A stretch of DNA of 64,000 nt from Lama guanicoe (taxonomy: Eukaryota): NCBI GenBank assembly GCA_013239625.1, contig MU053561.1, forward strand, positions 684,826 through 748,825, written 5' to 3'. Of the stretch, positions 12,161 to 24,506 are shown one piece after another. The translations under genes were made by a program, and so were the position numbers. Within the stretch, counting starts at the first letter, position 1. Every line of letters begins with the position of its first letter. The notes below the pieces were generated by a model. It made no database searches. It was not told the origin of the DNA and worked only from the letters and a program-made list of their open reading frames with translations.

Positions 12161-14699
12161 CAAATGGAAATTCCACGTTGGCAGTTTCTCCGGCCACTTT
12201 CATCAGTCTTAGTCGAACAAGCAGTCAGAACAAGAGGAACTGACCCTTCTACCCTGTATATGGACTCCTTGCATGGGCCCTGTGAGTTCATCTCTGAATT
12301 CCTACAACACTCATACCACTGCCTTGAGTGGTATAGTGTCTGCTGAATAAACAGATGGCGAATCTTCTTCAAGGATCCATTTTTACCTAAGGCATCCAGC
12401 CTGGAAGTTTTATTTTGGTGGACATAACAAAAGAGGCTTGGGTAAAATGACTGCACCCCAGCAACCTTCTTTCAAGAAGGCATAAATGTGCAGAGGAAAA
12501 GTGATTTGAGAAGGCAAACATATAGCTTCTCTTTCGGACTCTATCTGGTTCCACATTCTGGAAAATAACCCCAAAGCTCCCGGCCTTTATTTTTGTTTAT
12601 CATGAAAAATGAGACTGAGCTTAAGATGGGTCAGGACCTCACATACCAAGTAAACAGGGAAGCAGAATTAGAATGCTTGGTATTTGGGTGGGGAGGTGGG
12701 GGGATAGTGAGAGATCTAGCACTTACCTTTTCTTTTTCTTTTTTTCTTTTTTTTTAATTACGAAAATCACAGAGTCACATAAAAATCATTACTTCTGTCT
12801 TCTTCCCAGTAAAGGTCTATGAGAGTATCCTACTGGTTGCTTGCTGGAGCTCTGTAGAGAGAAATATTAGTTTTATAAATCGATACAGTGTCCACAATTC
12901 CATATGAAAATGAATTTAAGGACCAACCGGGACAGGCCCCAGAGCTCCATGGAGCCCTGATGAATGAATAGAACCACATTATAAGGTTCTCCAGAGAGTG
13001 GGGCAAAAGGAACCGATTGTCTTCCTGAAATATACCGGCAAGAATGCAAGCCTTAATTAACAAAGCCCAAGATTGATTTTTCTTGCTGCCTTTTTCTCTG
13101 AGAGACAAATAATAAGAAATGAATGAGGTTGAAAGCAAATGAAAACCATATTCGGAAAGCAAAGCATAGTCTAACTTTTGGCTGAGCTGGTTGCAAAGAG
13201 CTAAAGTTCTTTAATCATCTCACTGGAGATGTAGCCAAAAAATGCAATTTGAAACACACACACATACACACATGCACACACACACATTTCCACACCATAC
13301 CCTCCTCCTTTTTCGCTGTAGATGAATCAAGATGGTGGAGACAGGATATGATGAGAACCATTCCTGCTCTCCACCTACTTTATAAAAGGCTTTGGCAATC
13401 AGTAATCTCTGCTGCCATGCTTTGGGGAATCCATCTATCAATTCTTGTTCGTTAAACATTCATTGCACATTGTGCATTGGCTGGAAAGAGCAAATAAGCA
13501 ACTGAAATAGGTAATGTGTTGTGGCGACGCTAAGATGGCAAACTATGTAAGATTTACATTCTTCAAACTTGATTTTTCTAGAAGACAATGAACCAGTTTG
13601 GCCTAAAAGAGCATTACTACACCTGAAGGCGGGGATGGGGTGGGAGGGGAAATGATAACTTTATTAGAATTAAAATAGTCTCTTATTAGCTAGCAAATGG
13701 ATGAAACACAGAGGGTTTTCCTTGTGTCAGGGATAGTCAGGGCGACTTTATTCAGAGACAGAACCCATGGCTCAATGTGGTGGTGTGATTTCAAGATGCT
13801 TCAGTATACAGTCCATTTCACACGGCCTCACAGGACCTCAGTGTTGGTTTAAGGCTTGAAGAATTACTACTGTCCTTGTTAACAAAGAGGCAGAAGACTT
13901 TTATCTGGCATTATGGTAGTGGGCTAAAGGAGATACGGGCTTTTCTAATGAAGTCTAACTTAGATTAATAGTAAATAAATTGGGCATATTGTAGGAACAG
14001 CTTTACCCAATTCATGGTGTTTCCATTTGTTAAGGGGAGCTTATTTAGTGTAACTCCTGGCCTGATCCTCCCATTACTCACGTTTCCCTAGAGGAGGATG
14101 GAGCATCCTTACTGCCTGAAACATCTGAGTATGCTCGGCTCAGCTCCACCCTTCTTCCTCTTGGGAGTGAGTTGCTCACAAAGAAAGGATTCTGTTCTGC
14201 TCTTCTAGGGGAGGGATCTTTTTCCTCACTGGGGTCCAGTGTTGGCAGATCTACTTGGCTAACAGGCAGCCACATCCTCCAACCTGGCCTCTGTTAGAAA
14301 CAAAGGGTATTTCTGTCTCCATTTGCCAGGCTTTTGTTTTACTTGTCAGTTTGTACAGAACATGGGCAGGAAAGAGGGGTGTCATGTACTGGGCTCCTCG
14401 GTCACCCCAAGATAGTTTAAGTGGAAAGAAACCTGAATGGAGGACTTGAAAATGTTAGTTCTGATCCGACCTCTGTCTTTCCTTAGGTGTTTAAAGTTAA
14501 GGGGAAAAAGAACTTCTCGATGCCTCACTTTTCTTAAATGTAAAACTAGTTCATGAATTTATTACCTTATAATTCTATGTGCAAAAGGGCACCACTCCGA
14601 GACTTCTGTTTATATAATACAGTGTACTGTTACAGACTTTTTCACCCCTAACCAGAGAAGATTTCGGGGCTCTGTAAAGGCAGATCCTGAGGAATCTCT

Positions 14700-15090
14700 G
14701 TTAGTCATGTAAGAGTTGGCTGATTAGATTATAATTTTCTGAGAGAAGGATATAATTGGACCTTCTGGTTTTTAAGCCTTCATAAAACTGCCTGTCTCCT
14801 TGGGAAGGGACTCTCTGGCAAGGGGTTATTAATTATTTGCAAAATTTATGGTGGCTCAGCTCTTTTCCACCAGTGAAAATGCATGAAGCTTCTTACAGCC
14901 TAGTCTCAAATTGACACACTGCCACTTCCTCCTTTCTCTCTTGGCCAGGGCAAGTCAGATGGACAAACCCAAACTTAAGAAGCAGGGAAATATACTCTGT
15001 CCCTTTAGTGGGGAAGCTCCAAAGACACATGGCAAAGAATACAGACTTAGGAAGGGGTGAAGAATTGGGACCAATGGTACAATCTGTCAG
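14700..15090 (-). mobile_element. MaLR (MLT1-type) LTR fragment
   Basis: ctgccacttcc...ttggccagggcaagtca...gcagggaaatatactct...ggggtgaagaattggg, an antisense MLT1 pattern. Confidence 0.65.
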
Positions 15091-15708
15091 AGTAGGGTGG
15101 GGTAGGTTTGGGCACAGTACAGTAAGGTTCATGCTGGGAGCTCCTCCAGACATGAGCACTTAGCCACCAATGTCTGTGCTCTGGGATTGGTGGCTGAGCT
15201 AGGAAATATGAGCTCAAAATAGTTGTGGCCTTTGCATGGAGGACTGTAGTGACCTAGGCAAGGCCATCACAATATCAGAAGTCAAGAGCAGCTGTCTGGC
15301 CATGATGGACCAGTAGTGACTGAGGTGGATGCTCAGTTCTTTCTCTAGAAGATAATTATAAGCTGGAACTCGTGGACAATTCGAGAGGGTGGGTGAGGTG
15401 CTGGGGGCCGGATTAGAAAATGAAGGTCTGGATCCCCTGATTGTAGAACACGTGTGAGCGTTTGGAAAACTAATAGAGATATAGCCATTCATGTACCCTG
15501 AATCGATGACACAAATCATCTCACGTACAAATGAAAACCACTCACAAATGGATCTCTGCCTCTGCCACGCTCCTCTTCTTCCCTTCATTTTCCTTCTTAT
15601 TTGTTTCCTAATTTTCCAAAGTTTATAGTTACAGATATTGAGGAAAGGGTCATGATTCCTATTATGAAAACAGTCAGTATTGTGGATCAGAGGAATTAAA
15701 AGTATCTG

Positions 15709-15990
15709 ACAGACTCACGTAGAAAACAAACTTATGGTTACAGTGGAGAAAGGGAGTGGGAAGGGATAAATTGGGAGCTCAAGATTTGCAGTTATTAACT
15801 ACTATATATAAACAGATAAACAAGTTTCTTCTGTACAGCACAGGGAACTATATTCAATATCTTTTAGTAAACTGCAATGAAAAAGAATATGAAAATGAAC
15901 ATATGTATATGTGTATATATGCCTGAAACATTATGTTGTACACCAGAAATTGACATTGTAAACTGACTATACTTCAATTAAAACAAAAAG
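15709..15990 (+). mobile_element. Young 5'-truncated L1 3' end
   Basis: agactcac...acagcacagggaactatattcaatatc...aactgactatacttcaattaaaa; same family as 4507-4725. Confidence 0.9.
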
Positions 15991-16744
15991 CACTATCAAA
16001 AGAACTATCTTCCTGTTTCTTCTCTTCCTAAAATCAGTTTTGGAATAATCCTTTCACCCTCCACTTCCAACAGTTAGGTGTGTGATGAAAATCTAACACC
16101 CAAGGCTTCATTCAACCAGGACAATGATTTCACGTTTCCTGTCTCTTGCTCAGATGAAGAATCCTTTCTTCCTACAAGGCCATGAGCAATCTGGCAGGAA
16201 ACCAGGGGCGCTGCAGGCTATGTGTTTGCAAGAGAGCGGAGATTTGAGAGCAAAGGATATTCTTCTGCCTGCACTGCCCTCCCTCCCCCTACAAAATGGG
16301 GTCTGCTAGCATCCCTCTCCCATGTCCCCTCTCTTCCCAAAGTCTGGAGTCAGACACCGGTTAATGAACAAACATTTTTCATGAGCAAAGAAAGCACTGC
16401 AGGTCTTGTTTGCTGACCAGGGCATGGAACCATCTCACCCTACACTTCCTGCTCATCCCTTTCAAAGGAAAGGACTGCTCTGTTGCCCAGCCAAAGTCTG
16501 GTTCTCAGGGGTCAGAGCTTTAATGGATACTGGTAAAGAAGAGATGGGAAAGGAATTCAATGGCTTGTGAACATCAGTGTGCTTTGGTCCAAGGAAGATA
16601 TAAGGACTGGGATAAGATGTCGTAGAAAACATTAGCTTTAGTTTTCTTGTTTTAATTATATTTATTGTTACATAGGTAACATGGCTTAAAGTGCAAAGGT
16701 AAAATGTCATCCTTGATAAATTCTTCCTTCCAATCCTGAGAATG

Positions 16745-16960
16745 TATGTTTTGAAGTCATACAGCTACAGAGACAAATCCTGGCTTTACAGATGATGAGC
16801 AGGGTAACCTTGGGTAGGTAAAAATCTCTCTGGTCTTACATGGTGGGAAGAGTAACACATACGTCATAAAGTTGTTATGATTAAATGAGATGATATGTAC
16901 AATGTACTTGGCCTAAGATTGACACTCGATAACCACAAACCATGGCTAATGTAACTATTC
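16745..16960 (+). mobile_element. MIR SINE
   Basis: aaatcctggct...taaccttggg...gttgttatgattaaatgagatgatatgt. Confidence 0.65.
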
Positions 16961-18773
16961 ATTTCACAGAACACAGACTCAGGTCGGCCAAAACAGTACC
17001 TGTATTTTTCTTATTTCTAATCTTACTTTCTATCTTGAGCCCTCAATCAAATCGTTACAGAAAAGTTAATGTAATTATTTTGGGGGTAAAAACCAGTTAA
17101 ATTCAGGGATTTCCCAGCCATGATGGATTGTAATGGAGTCACAGTTGAGATCTTCTCCCTCTTCCGCCTCCTCCCTGGTTGGCCTTTGTTCCAGGAGGGA
17201 GAAGGCTGCCCAACCACTGTCTGGCTGCTGTCATACTTGCTTACGTGGTGCTAAGAGTTGGGGTGAGGTGGGGGCTCACACCTACTTCTCAGCCTTGGTT
17301 TGCCTTGGTGCTCTGGAGACTGGCTGCTTCAGAAGGACCCTGTCCTGTATCCACTCAAGATGCCCTCTCACACACCAGCAATCCTCTGAGATGTGCCTGC
17401 AGCCTCCCAGAACTTCAGCAGTCCTGTTCATAGGCTGCACGCTTCAAATATAGTGTTCCCTTGTGCTGGTCCCGAAGCCCCAAGGGCTTCCTCTCTCTCA
17501 GATATCTTTTGTATCTTGCTCAGGAGCCTTGGATATTTTCAGATGGTCATCCACACTCTTTCAGGGATACAGAAAACTCAGGGTAGCATCTGGTTCCGTG
17601 CCACGCCACCATTTCCACCCCACTATTGATATGTGACAATGGGCCACGTTTGCAGTCTCTCTGGACTTCATGCAGGTTGAAAGACACAGATCCGCTCCAC
17701 TCTCGGACCCCCAATTTAAAAGGGGTTCTTTGGTGTACCCCTGACAGACACACCCACACCTGGGGTTTGGCTGTGGGGAGGGCACAGATTGGAAGGATGT
17801 ACCACTTCAACGCTGCATCCACCCCTCTTATTTCCTCTTCAACTCTCCTCTCTCTACTCAGCTTAGAGGGGCTTCATCCATTGGCTTGGAAGTGGAGGAG
17901 GACGTAGATGGCGGGAAGGCAGGAAGAAAGGAGAGTTGTCTGCTCACAGCTTCTTTCACAGTTTCTCTATCTTATGCCTGGGCAATTCCTTCTGAAGCCA
18001 AGGAGTTTGGTTGGTGTCCTTGCTCTCTGTTTCTGCAGTGTCTGGACCAGAGGAAGCTATCGAGTGTGCAAGTGAATGATGGGTGTGAGGATATGTGTGG
18101 GGGAACATGTCCATTACTACTGTACACGCTACCACACATCCAACTTGCTACCACTCTCTCTGCACCTTTGTTTCATTAGAAACCATGCTGTCCAGTCATC
18201 CTGGTGAGGAGGAGTTTTGTTTATTCTAAAAATTCATTTGTGGATTAGGGAGAAGAGCATTGGCCTTGACACAAGATGACCTGGGTGAAGTGCAGACACT
18301 GCCTCCTCATTGCTCAGTGACCTTGAACACTAAACCCCTTTGAGCCAAAGTTTTCTCATTTCAAATGGAAAACAAGGATCATAATAATACCCTTCTCTCA
18401 AGTTTGCTATAAAAATTGCCAGGTCATGTTTCTGAAAGTGGTTTAATGTTTACGAAGTCAGCTAAAATCTCAACTATAGTTTCCCCAAATTTCCACATAA
18501 CTGAACTATTTTACTACTGAAGGCCATGCAGATAAAGTGGGAAGAGAAAAGTTACCAGACATCCTGATAAGATTATTCAAGTGATGATAAATGCTGAAAC
18601 AAAAGCTAGTCATGAAGCCAATATACATACGTAATTTATAAGAAGAAGAGTCCTGTGAATTTCTGGTGTTTAAAGCTATAGCAAATAGGATTTCAATAAT
18701 AATAGCAGTCCTTTAAAGAAACTTAGAGAAACCTAGCTGTGGTCTGATATTTGACAAAATAATTTTATACACC

Positions 18774-19137
18774 TGCTATGGACTTAATCGTATTCTCCTG
18801 AAATTCATATGTGGAAGCCCTAACTCCTATGTGATGCTCTTACGAAATGGAGCCCTTGGGGGATAATTAGGTTTCGATGAGGTCATGAGGGTGGAAATTA
18901 GTGTCCTTACAAGAAGAGACATCAGAGAGCTAGTTCTCCCCACCCCCCACAGCCATGTGAAGATACAGTGAGAAAACATCTGCCTACAACCAGGAAGAGA
19001 GATCTCACCAGACACTGACAATGCTGGCACTTTGATCTTGGACTTCCAGGCTCCTGAACTATGAGAAAATAGATTCCTATTGTTGAAGCCACCCAGTCAA
19101 TGGTATTTCGTTACAGCAGCCTGAACTGACTAATGCA
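18774..19137 (+). mobile_element. MaLR MLT1A-like solo LTR
   Basis: tgctatggacttaat...ttcatatgtggaagccctaac...gatcttggacttccag...aagccacccagtc...gactaatgca; TG...CA ends. Confidence 0.9.
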
Positions 19138-19652
19138 ATTCCCTTATAAATCCTCTGTTTCTCCATGGTGAGGTCCTTCCCATCTGCCCCAGGCAAAATC
19201 TGTTTGTAGAGCTTTCTGTGTCCTACATTGGAAAGGCAAGCAAACATTTGTTACTGTTTGTAAACATTTTCATTCCATCCACCACGGAGCTAAAATCCAT
19301 CAAATACTTACCACACCGTTATACTCTTTTAAATTCATGTTCAAGCAATACAGTTATTTCTAGAAAGGATGTGGGTAAGTTTCTGCCAGTTTCTAAGTAT
19401 GCATATGGTAAAGAGGTATTTTTCTCTAATTTTTTGGAGAAACTTGGTCAGTTCTTCTCTCATCCAAACCTAAGACAAGCCTTGAGCCAGTTGTCCTATA
19501 ATGCCTCTCGAGTCAAAGAGGGAGGTGTCCTTTTATCAGGACTCCCTTCTGCCCCGTACGTGCCCTGAGCCCCAGTTCTGGGCACCCAGGCAGGAGGCTC
19601 AGTGCTGAGGTGTGGCCATGAGGGAGGAAAATGAAGGCACAGATTCCTAGAA

Positions 19653-19660
19653 GTGCGTGC

Positions 19661-19696
<36 letters not shown>
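19653..19696. repeat. (GC/GT)n alternating purine-pyrimidine microsatellite
   Basis: 44-bp alternating tract read directly; Z-DNA-prone class. Confidence 0.95.
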
Positions 19697-19697
<1 letters not shown>

Positions 19698-21209
19698 GGG
19701 CGGTGAATCCAAACCTAAGACCTTGAGAATAAAAGCAGCAAAACCCCAGCACGAACACCAACACTAAGGCCAACGGCAGGAGAAGCAGCCTGAAATGAGA
19801 AACAATCTGAAATTGGAGGGGAGTAGGAAGAGCACTAGAATGAGGACAAGAGGGTCCCTGTCAGCTGCCGAAGGTAGCACTGCAGCACTTCGGTTTCCCA
19901 GGAGCTCAGCTGGAGCACGGGACACACACGTGCGGGGCTGGTTCCTGCACCGGCTGGGGCCAACATTTCATCTCTTAGCTGTCCTCGGGCTATTCCTTCT
20001 CCTCCTGGTTCCTTTCTAAAACATCCAGCAGAGCAGTGCCCTGCACGTTGTGGGGATTAAACCTTTGTTGACATGACTTGAAAGTCATTGTCCATGGGGC
20101 TGGGATGGGGAGGGGGGCTGGGATTCGCCTGCCTGGAGCCTCTGTGGAAGATCTGCTTTACCTTAAATCACATTCAGAACAGTAAATAATTCTCAGAATG
20201 TGTTTCACAGGAGCAGGACACTCATTTTAGTGTCCTGGACATGGTCCAAGGGATTGTAGTCTAAATTCCCTATTTCATATGTTCATGTTTCTCTAACACT
20301 GCTCAGAAAGGTCATTCCCGGGTTGCAGTGCATTGTGTGGCAGGAAGTAAGAACTCATGCTCAGCCCTACCACCAACTCCTTCTGCGATTCTGGGTCCCT
20401 AAGCAAACAATTTCCTGACTCTGCTCTCAGTTACCCCATCTGGGAAATGGGAATAAGAAACTCCCTCTTGAAAACATGAAGATGGATTAGAGGCGATATT
20501 TTTAAAGTGATTTCCCGGTGAGGTAAAAGAATGCTGCCTATTTCATAGAAGCCTCCAGGGACAACATCACCCACATGTAAAAGCCATCTTCTTTCCTCTG
20601 GAACTGAGAAGAATTATAGAACTTGAATGGGGCAATTTATCATTCTAATGCTTAAGAGGGTTTGGCTAAGTCATCTAAACAGCTGGTCATGCCCACCTAA
20701 CATCCAAAAGGACATCCTAGTGGAATCAATTGGCTTGAGAAGAAGGCAATAAACTCGCCAACAAAATCGCGTACCCAACTCTAGTCTTGGCTCTGGCTCA
20801 AATCCCCGCACAAGTGCCTTAAAGCCTGATGGGAAGCTTTTGGTGTTACACCTGGTACCAGCATCCCCCTGGGGCCCAGTAGACCTTACAGAACTCTCTC
20901 GCCAATGCGCACACCTGCTTCTGCTCACCATGCAGGGAAAGCACCCACTCTGTGCTCTTTTTGTGAGCCCAGGGCTCAATCAAGCTGGAAGTTCCACGGA
21001 ATGTGGTCTCCCCAAAGCCTAGCTCAAGGCTTGGTACATTGTGGGTCCTCAGTGATATCTGTTGAATGAATGGACAAACAAGCCTGCTCTATGCAGCTGA
21101 AGGTCAGGGCAGCTCCACCTACTCTCCCCTGAGAGAAGACGTGACTGACGGTCTAAGCGGATACTTGGTGGGTGCCCAAAGCTGCAGAGGGGGCCCTCGA
21201 TAAGAACAC

Positions 21210-21450
21210 CAACACATATTTAGCACCTACTGAATGTGGCAGGCATAATTATAAGCAATTTTATGTTTTAACTCACTTAATACTCATAATATTGACAACA
21301 ATCCTGAGGTATGATCCGTGATTATTAGTCCCACTTTATAGATGAGGTCAATGAGGCCCAAAGGAGGCTTGTAATTTGCCTAATGGTTAAAATGCAGTGG
21401 GAGGTTATCTGAATGTAGACAGTCTCACTCCAGACCCCACCTCCTTAACC
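21210..21450 (-). mobile_element. MIR SINE
   Basis: atttagcacctac...cccactttatagatgaggtcaatgaggccc. Confidence 0.75.
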
Positions 21451-23568
21451 ACCGGTGACAGTGAAGATGGACTCCCAGCTCCCAATGGGGCACAGACTCC
21501 TGGAGAAGACACGGCTCTGTACCATGTCACTGTCCTTTCTGACCAGCTAGCACAAGGACAGAAGGGACGAGTGCCACTGCTCAGCTTCACAATACCCCAG
21601 GGTAAGTTGGACCTGGGTTTCTGTTTTGAAGCAGGGACGTGAGGCAGCAGAGCAATCAGATGCCTCACTCAGAGTCACGAGGCTTGGTGCAGGAGAGCTG
21701 TGATCAGAAAGCAATTCTCCTCACCTCTGACGTGCATCCCAGATCTCTACAGTCCAGCCACCAGCACCAGAGACATGCACCTGGGGTGCTCCTCAGCCCC
21801 ACCATCAGCAGGCTTCTTGGACCAAAGGTGGCAGTGGATGCCACACTTGGTAAACATTGATGAACACCTGCTATAAGGGAGGGACCTGGGGCACCTGCAT
21901 AAAAAGCCCGACATGGAAGAGACTTTAAGGAATATTTAATCCAGCCCTTCATTTTACAAATGCAGAAACCGAGGTAGCTTACTCAAGGTCCCAAACTACT
22001 GATAGCAATGTGGGGAGTGGAGCCCAGGTCTGTCGACCAGACATCTCACGTACTTTGACATGATACACCTGACATGCTATGTTGGGTGGTGGCAACAGAT
22101 TGTACCAAGAGCCTCTCCTTCCTGCCTGGAGAGCCCGTGCTTAGAGCCTCTCCAGGCTGGGTGCCACCCCCTCACCCCATACTGTGGCTGTTGTGCACGG
22201 AAGGTAAGTCCTGCCCTGTAGAGCAAGGCACCCAGCCTTAGCGATTCTCCCCAGGCTCGTGTATATGATCCTCAGCAAGCCATCCGTCGTCACGACCACC
22301 TCCCTCCCCCACCTCATCTGAAACTTAATTAATCATGTTTGCATCTGGATCCAGACAAGACAATAGCAGGGATGTGTTTTTGGTTAGGAACTGAAGCTGC
22401 ATTCGGAAAGGAATGTTGATTAGTTAGAGGTCGGTATCATTTTTCATGCCTTTTTAAGTTACAAAAAAATTTTAATATCAAAGCATTTCTCCCTGCACCG
22501 CACATATCTATTTCTCGTAAGTGCATTCTGCTGGCATAATTTTCCTTTCCTTCCTGCAGGCTCTGTTTATGAGATGATCCATCAGGTTGTCTCAGTCTCC
22601 ATCCAGCCCTTCAGCAACCGGAGGCGTTCCAGGTGAGCGGAGAGCTATAGCCCGCAGCTTCCCAGACCCATGTGGAAGGGGAAGGGGAAAGGCAGGCTTA
22701 GGGCAGGGTTTCTCCAGGAGACAGTGGTCACCCATCGCAGAGACAGCAAGCTCTCCTTCTAGCCTGCTCTGGGCCAGATGGAGGCTTCATTATAAATGCG
22801 GCTGCTCTTTAGAAAAGGGATGGGCCCCGGAAGGGAAGAAGACACTCCAGACTTACTCTAGACCCATAGATGTTGAGGTCTATCTGAAGACCGCAATTCA
22901 GTCTTCACTTCTGCACCAGATAAATGTCCTCAATCCAGGAAAATCTCCTAAGGCAGGAAGCGTGTCTTCCTATGTACAGTGTGCCCATGTGTGCAGAGCA
23001 TGTCAAGTAGCAGATGATAAGTCATGGCAGCAAGTAATGCTGGAAATATGTGGCAGAACTGGAAATCTCTCTGCCCCACCAGCCCTTAAGCTAGACTTGC
23101 CTTTCAGGTGAAGGTGATGGAGGAGTCAAGGAAGACAGTGAGGGACCTCTTCCTTTTGTTCAGTGACTTTTTCTGCTCAGTTCCAAACCTGGCTCAGGCA
23201 CCAGCAGTAGATTTGTGACGAGACTGACCAGTACGAACAAGCTGTTCTTAGATGCTCAGATGCAGGCAGACCCTCCATCTCAATTAGAAACCATCAGCAT
23301 CACAGGGTCACTGATTCCCGAACGCCACTGGCCTCAGGGGAAGGGAGAGGGCTTGTTACAGAAAAGGCTCACCACGGGCAATTCAGGGAACTCAGCATGT
23401 GTTTGGGGCACACTGACCCCCCAAAGCAATTTGCGTTTGCTATTTGAATTGACCAGATAATAGCCCCAGGGAATTGCTCTCACTATTGACTTTGGCAAAG
23501 AAGGTTGATTGTGAGCTAGAACGTTGAAGCTGGTGAATGACCTGGAGATCAAGAGTACTCTGGGATAA

Positions 23569-23865
23569 AATAGACTCACAGACACAGAAAACAAACTGTG
23601 GCTACCAGGGGAGAGAAGGAGGAAGGGACAGACTGGGAGTTTGGGACTGACAGATACACATTACTATATGTGAAGTGGATAAGCAGTAGGGACCTACTGT
23701 AGAGCACAGGGAACTATATTCAATTTCTTGTAATGAGTCGTAATGGAAAAGAAACTGAAAATATATATGTATGTATGTGTATGTATAACTGAATCGCTTT
23801 GCTGTACAACTGAAACTAACATTGTAGACTGACTACACATCAACAAAAAAATAGGAATTTTGAAA
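23569..23865 (+). mobile_element. 5'-truncated L1 3' end with degenerate TSD
   Basis: agactcacagacacagaaaac...agcacagggaactatattcaa; flanks aagagtactctgggataa (23551-23568) and aaaggtactctgggctaa (23866-23883). Confidence 0.9.
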
Positions 23866-24115
23866 AAAGGTACTCTGGGCTAACCAAACAGCAAACTCAC
23901 ATTCATTACATCATTATTTATTCAGAAAACAAAGTGCCAATTTTGTGCCAGGCCTCGTACTAGAGGTGGACCATTTACCCCAGGCCTCTTCCTAAGATGT
24001 AACTTGGGGTTTATGGGTAGAACAAGGGTGGATGTGGAGTTGCAGCCAGCCTCAACAATAAGGAAATATTTTAGTATGTCTTGTTTTTATACTCAGAGGC
24101 ACAGATGGTATGAAG

Positions 24116-24337
24116 CAGGGGGCTGCAAATTGTAGCCCTTGGGCCAAATCTGGTCTGCTGCCTATTTTTTTGGTAATTAGTTTTATTGGAACAGGGCGGC
24201 ATCCATTTGTTAGAATATCATGTAGGGCTGCTTTGACGCTGCTTTTACCAACTGAGTTGAGCAGTTGAGACAGACTGTGTGGCCTACAAGCCCTAAAGTA
24301 TTTACGATCTGGCCTTTTCCGGAAAATGTTTGCCCTG
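24116..24337 (+). mobile_element. MER58A-like hAT-Charlie MITE
   Basis: caggggg...gggccaaatctgg...ttttattggaacag...tatttacgatctggcc...tttgccctg. Confidence 0.85.
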
Positions 24338-24492
24338 GTAGAAAAGATTCACTGTCCCCATGATGTAGAGAATCTGTGGTCAAAAAGGAAGTACGCTCAG
24401 ATTTCCTGGTTTAACCTCTGAGACGCAAACCACAGACTGGCCTCCTCATTAGACAGCTCTTTTCTCTTTAATATTTTAAATCTCTGTGATTC

Positions 24493-24506
24493 CTGCCCCC
24501 TGGTGG
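24493..24506 (-). promoter_or_regulatory. CTCF motif (reverse)
   Basis: Minus strand CCACCAGGGGGCAG, 14/14 to CCASYAGRKGGCRS. Confidence 0.55.

Noticed and set aside
22587..23111. Longest ORF in the track (174 aa)
   Set aside because: Non-ATG start, no recognisable domain, and it reads through a splice-donor-like site; consistent with a chance ORF.
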